From a virus (Duplodnaviria; Caudoviricetes), in the IMG/VR virus record IMGVR_UViG_3300016667_000137, positions 1-30,270 of that record: 30,270 bases of DNA, one strand, 5' to 3'. Below the pieces are notes generated by a model that worked only from the letters and a program-made list of their open reading frames with translations, was not told the DNA's origin and did no database searches. The position numbers were made by a program, and so were the translations under genes. Positions 9,097 to 16,719 of the stretch are shown piece after piece; position 1 is the first letter of the stretch; every line of letters begins with the position of its first letter.

Positions 9097-9572
9097 GCAT
9101 AGTAGAAGTAGCGAAGTCCTATCTTGGACAGGAAGAGATAAGCGGTAACAAAGGCTTTAAAAACAAGGACTTTGAGAAGAAGATGAAGGAGGTAGGTTTT
9201 TCTGCAGGTCAGGCATGGTGTGCTTATTTCTCGGAACTTGTTTGGAAAGAAGCAGGAGAAGACGTTAAACCATTTAGCGCATCTGCATTTAAGACTTATC
9301 AAAATTATGAAAAGGCAGGTCGTAAAGGAGTAACTAAACCCGAAGCTGGAGCATTGGCTGTATGGCGCTCTGTAGTAAATGGTCAGTTACAATGGACTGG
9401 TCACATCGGAATAGTTATCGAAGCGCACGATGATCACTTTGTAACTATCGAAGGTAACACAAACGATAAAGGCGGTCGTGAAGGTATTAAGGTAGCTTTG
9501 AAAAAACGCACATATAATTGGAAAGCTGACAAAGGATTGAGATTAATCGGCTTTATTAATCCAACTATTTAG
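9093..9572 (+). CDS. CHAP-domain endolysin
   Basis: AWCAYF...GHIGIV...TIEGNT motifs. Confidence 0.88.
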   Translation: MSIVEVAKSYLGQEEISGNKGFKNKDFEKKMKEVGFSAGQAWCAYFSELVWKEAGEDVKPFSASAFKTYQNYEKAGRKGVTKPEAGALAVWRSVVNGQLQWTGHIGIVIEAHDDHFVTIEGNTNDKGGREGIKVALKKRTYNWKADKGLRLIGFINPTI

Positions 9573-9580
9573 TATATTTG
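9573..9580 (+). promoter_or_regulatory. Bacteroidota -7 promoter element for putative sRNA
   Basis: TATATTTG fits TAnnTTTG; no good TTG -33 at the expected spacing. Confidence 0.5.
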
Positions 9581-9584
9581 AGAG

Positions 9585-9655
9585 CCAAAAATCCAAAAGA
9601 CGTTTAATTTTTCGCTTAGGTAAGTCAAACCCTCTAAATTATTTTAGGGGGTTTT
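9585..9655 (+). ncRNA. Putative antisense sRNA targeting early-gene leaders
   Basis: Between -7 element and terminator; 9599-9614 is the exact reverse complement of 9756-9771 and 13/14 complementary to 11311-11324. Confidence 0.6.
9627..9655 (+). terminator. Intrinsic terminator ending lysis/sRNA transcription
   Basis: AAACCCTCTAAA-ttat-TTTAGGGGGTTTT. Confidence 0.75.
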
Positions 9656-9710
9656 GTCATTCATAACCAAGCAGTTACAAAAAACTTGCAAATATTTATG
9701 TGGATAACTC

Positions 9711-9740
9711 TTGTTTATTTAAAATAGTTATGTACATTTG
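9711..9740 (+). promoter_or_regulatory. Early promoter (Flavobacterium-type primary sigma)
   Basis: TTG-N19-TACATTTG, matching the -33/-7 consensus. Confidence 0.82.
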
Positions 9741-9771
9741 TAAGGTAATCAACAACGAAAAATTAAACGTC

Positions 9772-9945
9772 ATGAAAGCACAAGAAACAAACTACTTATT
9801 TTCTTTCCAAGATGGTCACGGAAATGAAATCGAATCAAAAGTAATCGCATGTTACTCTAAGAAAGAAGCTATGAAGTTAGCTAGTCGCTATTTAGCAGAG
9901 TCACGTGATGGTGATTTAGTAATCGTTAAAACACGCAAACAATGA
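9772..9945 (+). CDS. First early gene, hypothetical (57 aa)
   Basis: ATG 9772 lies downstream of the promoter; track start 9700 overlaps the promoter. Confidence 0.65.
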   Translation: MKAQETNYLFSFQDGHGNEIESKVIACYSKKEAMKLASRYLAESRDGDLVIVKTRKQ

Positions 9946-10166
9946 ATCAAACACTAAAAAAAGCCGAATCACAACTAGAGATGGTTGTGCAATGGGTGAG
10001 AAGAGAGGAAAGACTCAAAGCTGAGTTAGTAGAACTATCAAGCAATAAAATGGCTTCTACGAAGACTTATAAGTTGTTCCTAATAGAAAGTATCGAAGAC
10101 TGCGTTGAACAGCGTGAGAAGCTCTTAAATGAAGTAATAACCATAATTAAAAAATGTCATGAGTAA
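9942..10166 (+). CDS. Hypothetical protein
   Basis: ATGA-coupled 74-aa ORF. Confidence 0.6.
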   Translation: MNQTLKKAESQLEMVVQWVRREERLKAELVELSSNKMASTKTYKLFLIESIEDCVEQREKLLNEVITIIKKCHE

Positions 10167-10344
10167 CTATTATCAAATTGCCAACGATTTTCTTAATGAA
10201 AGAATTGGTGTAACAAAAGGGGTCGAAAACACGTACATTCCTAAGCAAACAGCCATTGACGATGCAGATAGAGCAAGTTTCTGGAATCACTACGACGTAA
10301 TGAGAATTAAATTAATAGGTAAAATAAAACGATCAAAACGATGA
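10159..10344 (+). CDS. Hypothetical protein
   Basis: Overlap-coupled 61-aa ORF. Confidence 0.55.
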   Translation: MSNYYQIANDFLNERIGVTKGVENTYIPKQTAIDDADRASFWNHYDVMRIKLIGKIKRSKR

Positions 10345-10565
10345 ATCCAACAAAAACAGCGATTGACTACTTAGTTGAGCAACTATTGGACAATCAAACA
10401 TACGCACACGATGACTTTTTTAACATCGACATCAGCAAAGAACACTTTAGTTATTTAGTTGAACGTGCTAAGCAAATGGAATCAGCGCAAATAGTAGAGG
10501 CGTATGAGATTAGTTACATCTCTACACGCACAGCTGAAGAGTATTATAACGAAAAATACAAGTAA
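10341..10565 (+). CDS. Hypothetical protein, TA(V/I)(E/D)(W/Y)L family copy 1
   Basis: KTAIDYL...AKQMESAQIVEAY...EEYYNEKYK. Confidence 0.65.
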   Translation: MNPTKTAIDYLVEQLLDNQTYAHDDFFNIDISKEHFSYLVERAKQMESAQIVEAYEISYISTRTAEEYYNEKYK

Positions 10566-10566
10566 T

Positions 10567-10806
10567 ATGGAACAGACAGCAGTAGAATGGTTGTATGAAA
10601 AGATACTTTTAACTCCGTTAGATATACGTGAAATTAACAAGTGCCTTGAACAAGCATTAGCAATGGAAAAGGAGCAGATAGTACAAGCGCATGGTAACAA
10701 GCAAAAAACGAAAAGCAATCCAGATTCAATCGTGACATTTGGCTACACCTATACAGGCGAAATGTACTACAACCAAAAGTATAAAGGTATTAACCCTATA
10801 ATTTAA
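10567..10806 (+). CDS. Hypothetical protein, same family copy 2
   Basis: QTAVEWL...ALAMEKEQIVQAH...EMYYNQKYK; start ATG 10567. Confidence 0.65.
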   Translation: MEQTAVEWLYEKILLTPLDIREINKCLEQALAMEKEQIVQAHGNKQKTKSNPDSIVTFGYTYTGEMYYNQKYKGINPII

Positions 10807-10811
10807 ATAAC

Positions 10812-10934
10812 ATGGATCTTATTTTATTTGGCATCGGGATGTGTATCCTATTAGCCGCTGGACTTTTTTATTTTATTTACAAATCACTAATTGAAATTTA
10901 TGAAAAAATCGACGAACTCGAGAACAATCAATGA
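10812..10934 (+). CDS. Small membrane protein (40 aa), not in ORF track
   Basis: MDLILFGIGMCILLAAGLFYFIYKSLIEIYEKIDELENNQ; one TM segment; fills the gap. Confidence 0.55.
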   Translation: MDLILFGIGMCILLAAGLFYFIYKSLIEIYEKIDELENNQ

Positions 10935-11298
10935 TGTTGATCCAATGGAGGCATTTATCGGACGAATGAACCCAATTGATGACCTTACCATTAGACACTA
11001 TTTCTCACACACAAGATACAGAGGTGCTTTCTTCAATGAGTTAAAAACACAGTGTATAGACCTATTACGTAAGCAAGGGTTTGTGATGGAGGATATAGCG
11101 CATATAGTAGCATTAAAAGACCATTCATGTATTGTTCACCATTTGTACCACAAGAAACGACACAAGCATATTAAGGAAGAGGTAGCAAAAAACTTTGAGG
11201 ATTGGCTAATATTAGGGTTGTATCCTGAGACATGTGGACCAGATGAATATAGACTCAAAAATAAGTTTGAGTTCTGTGGATATCTCAAAAGAAAATAA
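10900..11298 (+). CDS. DnaA domain IV-like HTH protein (start 10900 or 10945)
   Basis: LLRKQGFVMEDIAHIVALKDHSCIVH resembles the DnaA C-terminal IG..F..RDHSTV motif. Confidence 0.5.
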   Translation: MKKSTNSRTINDVDPMEAFIGRMNPIDDLTIRHYFSHTRYRGAFFNELKTQCIDLLRKQGFVMEDIAHIVALKDHSCIVHHLYHKKRHKHIKEEVAKNFEDWLILGLYPETCGPDEYRLKNKFEFCGYLKRK

Positions 11299-11324
11299 TT
11301 ACTTTTACACAAAAATTATACGTC

Positions 11325-11861
11325 ATGGAAAAATTAATCGCAATTCAGGCAGAATTAAAATGTCCAAAAGGATCATTCAATGCATTCGGTAAATACAAGT
11401 ATCGAAGTGCTGAACAGATTTTAGAATCAGTAAAACCATTGTTGCAAAAACACGGAGCAGTTTTAAGACTTACTGACGATATTATTCAAGTAGGAAACAA
11501 GCTATTTTTAAAAGCAACTGCAACAATTAGTTTAGATAACGATTGTTTATCAGTAAGTGGATTTGCAGAACTTGGTGAACACAAAGGTATGAGTAGCGAA
11601 CAATGCACAGGAACAGCATCAAGTTATGCACGTAAATATGCGTTAAATGGTCTGTTCCTTATCGATGAGACAGAAAGTGATCCAGACAGCAAGAACAATC
11701 AAGAGCAACCAAAAGAGGTAAAGAAAGAGATTTCTATGGATAGGTTTGAGAAAGCCTTACAGATGGTCGCAGATGGTAAGCTATCGAAAGACGAACTAAC
11801 CAAAAAAATGGAAGCGTTCACGTTAAATGAAGTACAACAAGCAGCATTATTAGTATTATGA
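11325..11861 (+). CDS. erf: ERF-family single-strand annealing protein
   Basis: FGKYKYRSAEQILESVKPLL...QCTGTASSYARKYALNGLFLID. Confidence 0.88.
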   Translation: MEKLIAIQAELKCPKGSFNAFGKYKYRSAEQILESVKPLLQKHGAVLRLTDDIIQVGNKLFLKATATISLDNDCLSVSGFAELGEHKGMSSEQCTGTASSYARKYALNGLFLIDETESDPDSKNNQEQPKEVKKEISMDRFEKALQMVADGKLSKDELTKKMEAFTLNEVQQAALLVL

Positions 11862-12265
11862 TTAAAGTAAATAATACAAGTTACGTAGATGAAAATGGTA
11901 GTGTTGTTGTTGAACATTCATACTCATTTATTAGTACACGTGAACGAATTGGTGCAGTATATATGTTATACAATGAAGATGGTGTATTAATATATATAGG
12001 TCAAACTCAAAATTTAAGATTAAGACTTAATGAGCATTGTAAAAATGAGAATAAAGACTGGAATCATGCATATATTATACCTATATCAAATAGAGAACAT
12101 AGACTTTTTGTTGAGTCTATATTTATAAAAAATTTAAAACCATTAAATAATAAATCATGTGGTAGCACCGAATTACAAAAATATAAATATACATATTTAC
12201 ATGACCTTCAACGTAAGTTAAATGAAGCCAATAAGCAAATAGATTTTATATTGAATGGTTATTAA
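11858..12265 (+). CDS. GIY-YIG nuclease (possible homing endonuclease)
   Basis: AVYML...IYIGQTQNLRLRLNEH...E...N; AT-rich relative to neighbours. Confidence 0.8.
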   Translation: MIKVNNTSYVDENGSVVVEHSYSFISTRERIGAVYMLYNEDGVLIYIGQTQNLRLRLNEHCKNENKDWNHAYIIPISNREHRLFVESIFIKNLKPLNNKSCGSTELQKYKYTYLHDLQRKLNEANKQIDFILNGY

Positions 12266-12275
12266 ATTAAAAAAC

Positions 12276-12962
12276 ATGAAAGATAATTTTAAAGTACGTT
12301 GTAGCGCAATCGGAAAGATAATGACTAGCCCCCGTTCAAAGGGGGAAGTCTTATCACAGACAACCAAGAGTTATATTAAGGAACTTGTACTTGAACACAA
12401 GTATGGTATACGCAAAGAGATTAACTCAAGGTACTTAGACAAGGGTAACATGGTCGAAAATGAGTCTATTGAACTAACCGAAAGGGTGCTTGATTTAGAC
12501 CTCATAGTTAAGAATGAATCGTATTTTGAAAATGACTTTATCTGTGGTACGCCTGACATTATAATGGGTGATACTATAATTGACGTAAAGAGCAGTTGGT
12601 CTGCACATACGTTTCCATTCTTTTTTGATGAGGAACTACCAAACAAGGACTACTACTATCAGATTCAAGGATACCTTGCATTAACGGGTGCGACAAAAGG
12701 GATGGTTGTTTATTGTTTGATTAACACCCCAGAAGAAATAGTTTTGGACGAAATTAGACGTACATCATGGAGCAGACACGAGTTAGATGTAACAGAAGAA
12801 ACAGAAGCCGAAGTACGACAGCAACACGAATTTGACCACATTCCAGAAGTGAACAGGGTTAAGGCTTACCACATCGAAAGAAACGAGGAAGTAATACAGG
12901 CAATTTATGAACGAGTAAACGAATGTCGAATCTATTACGATAGACTATGGGAAAGAATTTAG
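12276..12962 (+). CDS. YqaJ/lambda-exonuclease-like PD-(D/E)XK nuclease
   Basis: GTPDII...IIDVKSSW...YYYQIQGYL; paired with ERF. Confidence 0.82.
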   Translation: MKDNFKVRCSAIGKIMTSPRSKGEVLSQTTKSYIKELVLEHKYGIRKEINSRYLDKGNMVENESIELTERVLDLDLIVKNESYFENDFICGTPDIIMGDTIIDVKSSWSAHTFPFFFDEELPNKDYYYQIQGYLALTGATKGMVVYCLINTPEEIVLDEIRRTSWSRHELDVTEETEAEVRQQHEFDHIPEVNRVKAYHIERNEEVIQAIYERVNECRIYYDRLWERI

Positions 12963-13222
12963 AACAGAAAGAACAGGAACTTGTCGCAGCAATTGGAATA
13001 CTACCTGTGTTAGCTGATTTCTTAGAAGACTTAAATTTCAGTCAAACAATGAAGATGAAAGTAAATCACACGATTAATTCGATTAGGTCATTAGATAATT
13101 ATATCATGAGGTATGCACCAATAGAAGTTGTGGAAGAACAGCACAACGTCGCACTATGGTTTAGGAACGAACTTAAAAAGTTAAGAAATGAAAGACAAGA
13201 TAGTACAGAAAGTGGTAAATGA
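12947..13222 (+). CDS. Hypothetical protein
   Basis: 91-aa ORF overlapping both neighbours. Confidence 0.55.
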   Translation: MGKNLEQKEQELVAAIGILPVLADFLEDLNFSQTMKMKVNHTINSIRSLDNYIMRYAPIEVVEEQHNVALWFRNELKKLRNERQDSTESGK

Positions 13223-13385
13223 CTTTCAGCAAAGGTCTGAGGTTGGAATCAAAAAATATGGTGTAACTTTAGACAGAGGTGACCTAACTACTTTAGAATG
13301 GATTAATAACTTTCGAGAGGAGTTGATGGATGCTATCCTTTACATGACGAAGTTGGAGGAAGAATTAAAAAAAGTAAACAATTAA
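13188..13385 (+). CDS. Small all-alpha NTP-pyrophosphatase (MazG)-like protein
   Basis: GIKKYGVTLDR...REELMDAILY (EExxD). Confidence 0.5.
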   Translation: MKDKIVQKVVNDFQQRSEVGIKKYGVTLDRGDLTTLEWINNFREELMDAILYMTKLEEELKKVNN

Positions 13386-13396
13386 AATCAAATACA

Positions 13397-13609
13397 ATGG
13401 AAAAGAGAGATGGTATCGTAATTTTTAAAAACGACAAAAAGCAGAAAGAAACACATCCAGACTACACAGGAAAAGTAACTCTAAACGGAAAAGAACTAAG
13501 CGTATCACTTTGGATCAAAGAAAGCGCTAAAGGCAAGTACATGTCAGGCACGGTACAGGAGTTTCAAAAGAAAGTAGAATCAATCACAGAATCCGATTTA
13601 CCTTTCTGA
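13397..13609 (+). CDS. Small ssDNA-binding-like protein (DUF736-like)
   Basis: FKN...HPDYTG...SLW; SSB-type acidic DLPF C-terminus. Confidence 0.6.
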   Translation: MEKRDGIVIFKNDKKQKETHPDYTGKVTLNGKELSVSLWIKESAKGKYMSGTVQEFQKKVESITESDLPF

Positions 13610-13611
13610 TC

Positions 13612-13899
13612 ATGAGTTACTACAACACAACAGATATAAACGGAAGTGAGTTGATGGAGGCTGTAGTTAAATGCAATGCACAAGGGGAGGTTGTATACCT
13701 CCTCTTTAGAAACTACAAAAGAATGTCACCTTCCGATGTATGGGAAAAGTACGTGTACTTAACGCATAAAACAGATACACCATTAACAAGCATTAGACGA
13801 GCTATAACATGCTTAACTAATGAGAACAGGCTAACACAAACAAAACACTCTAAAATTGGACGATATGGCAGGAAAGAATACATTTGGGAACTTTTATAA
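13612..13899 (+). CDS. Winged-helix DNA-binding protein (putative)
   Basis: MSPSDVW...LTSIRRAITCL...GRYGRKEYIW. Confidence 0.55.
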   Translation: MSYYNTTDINGSELMEAVVKCNAQGEVVYLLFRNYKRMSPSDVWEKYVYLTHKTDTPLTSIRRAITCLTNENRLTQTKHSKIGRYGRKEYIWELL

Positions 13900-14167
13900 A
13901 GTGGTCTATAAAGACAATCACGGAGAGGCGTATTGGATTGGATCGGCTTTTGACAAGTACGATGCCATAAGAAAAAGCAAAGCACACCCAACTCAAGTGA
14001 TCACAGCGGAGTTATTTGATGACTACGAAAAGAAGAACCCAATAGATAAGGTAAACGTAAGGAAACAAGATCCTGAAGCATCTGGATGGCTATTCGATGA
14101 GGACTTAGACTTATACAACAGCATGCAGGAAGCAAAAAAAAATAACAAGAAAATGCACGATTTATAA
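13856..14167 (+). CDS. Hypothetical protein
   Basis: ~100-aa ORF ending at next promoter. Confidence 0.55.
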   Translation: MDDMAGKNTFGNFYKVVYKDNHGEAYWIGSAFDKYDAIRKSKAHPTQVITAELFDDYEKKNPIDKVNVRKQDPEASGWLFDEDLDLYNSMQEAKKNNKKMHDL

Positions 14168-14182
14168 TTTTTATTATATTTG
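14153..14182 (+). promoter_or_regulatory. Bacteroidota promoter for replication operon
   Basis: ATG-N19-TATATTTG (-33 element one mismatch from TTG). Confidence 0.7.
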
Positions 14183-14186
14183 TCGA

Positions 14187-14278
14187 AAGTTCGCTCTCAC
14201 ACTATAGGACTTAAAGAAACTGAAACCCTTTAAATGAGTAACGAGGTGAGAGCCGTGAAAGTTTAAGGGGTTTTTTTT
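14187..14278 (+). ncRNA. Structured leader RNA: two hairpins with complementary loops, loop-E motif, terminator
   Basis: P1 14187-92/14207-12; P2 14223-34/14262-73 with U8; loop GCUCUCAC 14193-200 pairs with GUGAGAGC 14246-53; AGUA/GAA internal loop. Confidence 0.7.
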
Positions 14279-14301
14279 ATTTACTTAAATAACGGAATGT
14301 T

Positions 14302-14817
14302 ATGGAATTTTTAGAAAAGGATTTGGAAGAAATCATTTACTTATCTGATAAAGATAAGTTAGGGGACAGAGGTCTTTGTTTAAATGGAAAATTGAAAAGA
14401 CAGTTCAAAATTGGTAATTACGGAATTGCTGATTTAGTTGAATTTGAAAGACCTTATTATCATAAATATTATAATAAATGCATGAAAGGAGTTATAAATG
14501 TATTAGAATTGAAAAAAGATAAAATTGGTGTTAGTACATTTTTTCAAGCATTAAATTATGTAAAAGGAATTAAAACATATTTAGAAGAAAGAGATATGGA
14601 TCACTTGTTTAATTTTACAATTACTTTGATTGGCAGAACTATTGACACCAATAGTTCTTTTTGTTATTTAGGTGATTTATTTAGCCTGGATGTAAGAGAA
14701 TCAGAAATATATGATTGTACTAAAATAAACATACAATTATTTGAATATAAATATGGAATAGATGGGTTAGAATTTGAAGAAAAATATTCTTATAATTTAA
14801 TTGATAAAGGATTCTAA
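14302..14817 (+). CDS. PD-(D/E)XK nuclease, NucS/EndoMS C-terminal-like
   Basis: LEKDLE...RQ...GIADLV...VLELKK...FQALNY. Confidence 0.62.
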   Translation: MEFLEKDLEEIIYLSDKDKLGDRGLCLNGKLKRQFKIGNYGIADLVEFERPYYHKYYNKCMKGVINVLELKKDKIGVSTFFQALNYVKGIKTYLEERDMDHLFNFTITLIGRTIDTNSSFCYLGDLFSLDVRESEIYDCTKINIQLFEYKYGIDGLEFEEKYSYNLIDKGF

Positions 14818-14819
14818 TC

Positions 14820-15551
14820 ATGGCTATATTCAGAAAAATACACACATCATTTTGGTCTGATACATTTATTCAAGATTTAGATAATGACCATAAACTATTT
14901 TACTTATACCTATTGACAAACGAAAGGACTAAACAATGTGGTATATATGAAATATCAAAAAAACAAATATCTTTTGATTTAGGATATAGTATAGATAGAG
15001 TATCTAAACTGCTTAAATACTTTATAGATACCAATAGAATCATGTATTCTGAGCCAACAAAAGAACTTGCTTTAAGGAATTGGACTAAATTTAATGGGTC
15101 AACATCTCCTAAAGTTGTAAGTTGCATAAAATCAGAACTTTTAAACGTAAAAGATACAGTATTAATAGAGTATGTAAATGGTATGTATACTGCTTCGCAA
15201 GAAGAACAAGAACAAGAAGAAGAAGAAGAAAAAGAAGAAGTAAAAGAAGTATATTCTTTCGATGAGTTTTGGTCTACTTATGGTAAGTCAGTTGATAAAA
15301 CTAAATGCAAAGCTAAATTTGAAAAGTTATCTGATGAGGTGAAATTAAAAATAAAAGAGGTACTACCTTTGTACATTCAATCAACTCCAGATAAACAATT
15401 CCGTAAAAACCCTCAAACATGGTTGAATGGTGAATGTTGGAATGACGAGGTAAAAACCATAATGAAAGAAGAAACGGTTGAAGAAATGAATGATCGTATG
15501 CTGTACGAGAATGTAATGAAAAAATTAAACATGTACCATGCTAAAGACTAA
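14820..15551 (+). CDS. Phage replication initiator / replisome organiser
   Basis: FRKIHTSFWSD...LFYLYLLTN...GIY N-domain, acidic linker, FDEFWSTY...NPQTWLN C-domain; precedes helicase. Confidence 0.75.
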   Translation: MAIFRKIHTSFWSDTFIQDLDNDHKLFYLYLLTNERTKQCGIYEISKKQISFDLGYSIDRVSKLLKYFIDTNRIMYSEPTKELALRNWTKFNGSTSPKVVSCIKSELLNVKDTVLIEYVNGMYTASQEEQEQEEEEEKEEVKEVYSFDEFWSTYGKSVDKTKCKAKFEKLSDEVKLKIKEVLPLYIQSTPDKQFRKNPQTWLNGECWNDEVKTIMKEETVEEMNDRMLYENVMKKLNMYHAKD

Positions 15552-16419
15552 AGGAAGTGATATAGACTATCTGTTAAACTACCACAGCGGTAGGATTAAA
15601 ATGGGTGATGGCATCGGTTGTGGATTAGATGACTATTTCAGGCAGAAACGTGGTGAGTTAAATTTAATACTTGGACATGATAACGTCGGAAAGACTTACT
15701 TTATAAATTGGTTCTTTTTATGTCATGCTATCATAAACAACCATAAGGTCATCATGTGGTCAGGAGAAAATAAAACAGGCACCATTTTAAGGGACATGGT
15801 ACAAATGTATTCTGGTAGACATTTTAAATCACTTTCTGTAAACGAAATAACGAACTATTCCATGTATCTTGAGCAGTTTTTTGACTTTGTAGATAATTCA
15901 AAGCTGTACAAGCCAAACGAACTACTAAAATTATTTGAAGAATCAGACGCACAGATATGCCTTATAGACCCTTTCACAGGGTTAGATAGGGAAATGGGTT
16001 ACGAGAGTAACTATCGTTTCTTAAATCAAGCGAGACAGTTCGTAAATCAAACTCAAAAGACATTGTATATAAACACCCATCCAACATCGGAGAGTGGTCG
16101 TAATGGAAATTTGTATACCGATGGAGATTGGAAAGGTCATTTGAAGCCACCATTGAAAGACCATGTTGAAGGTGGTAAGGCTTTTTTGAATAGAATAGAC
16201 AATATGTTAGTTGTGCATAGGCTAATAAAACACGAACACATGAAATTCATAACAATGGTAAACGTAGAAAAAGTAAAAGATACGGACACAGGAGGAAAGA
16301 TAACAGGATTAAATGACCCTGTGATGTGTGAATATAACTCTGGTTTAGGTTTTAAGGTAGGTTTTGTTGACCCATTAGCACCACATAGACCAAAAGTAAA
16401 ATCAAATAATTTATTTTAA
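15538..16419 (+). CDS. DnaB-like (SF4) replicative helicase
   Basis: Walker A GHDNVGKT, WSGEN, Walker B CLIDP, INTHP, VEKVK. Confidence 0.78.
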   Translation: MLKTKGSDIDYLLNYHSGRIKMGDGIGCGLDDYFRQKRGELNLILGHDNVGKTYFINWFFLCHAIINNHKVIMWSGENKTGTILRDMVQMYSGRHFKSLSVNEITNYSMYLEQFFDFVDNSKLYKPNELLKLFEESDAQICLIDPFTGLDREMGYESNYRFLNQARQFVNQTQKTLYINTHPTSESGRNGNLYTDGDWKGHLKPPLKDHVEGGKAFLNRIDNMLVVHRLIKHEHMKFITMVNVEKVKDTDTGGKITGLNDPVMCEYNSGLGFKVGFVDPLAPHRPKVKSNNLF

Positions 16420-16421
16420 CT

Positions 16422-16718
16422 ATGGATAGAGAATTATACATAATGAAAAATATGGCTACTCTTAATCTTACGTATTGGAAAGTCAAAACGAGTCGTGAGG
16501 ATATAGAGAATAAGCACCCAACACGCACGGATTTGATAAGTTCAATGAAAGCAACTGAGAAAGACTTGCTCGAAATCTCGGAGTGCATGAAATATTTTGA
16601 CCGAGAAATTGAGATAGTTAAAAAACAAAACTTTAATTTAACCAAACTTTATCATGAGTTACTATCGGAGGTAACCGAGTTGAGACGAATAAAAAACGAA
16701 CAAATAAATAATTTTTAA
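16422..16718 (+). CDS. Hypothetical coiled-coil protein
   Basis: 98-aa ORF in operon. Confidence 0.6.
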   Translation: MDRELYIMKNMATLNLTYWKVKTSREDIENKHPTRTDLISSMKATEKDLLEISECMKYFDREIEIVKKQNFNLTKLYHELLSEVTELRRIKNEQINNF

Positions 16719-16719
16719 G

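Noticed and set aside
8569-10566. Track start sites 8569, 9700 and 10504
   Set aside because: Long overlaps with upstream genes or the promoter; internal ATGs 8608, 9772 and 10567 fit better
12330-12346. CCCC-GTTCAAA-GGGG hairpin
   Set aside because: Inside exonuclease coding sequence (SPRSKGE), no U-tract
14220-14265. Hammerhead ribozyme or T-box (UGA...GAAA, AGUA/GAA)
   Set aside because: No CUGAnGA core with three stems and no T-box UGGnACC sequence
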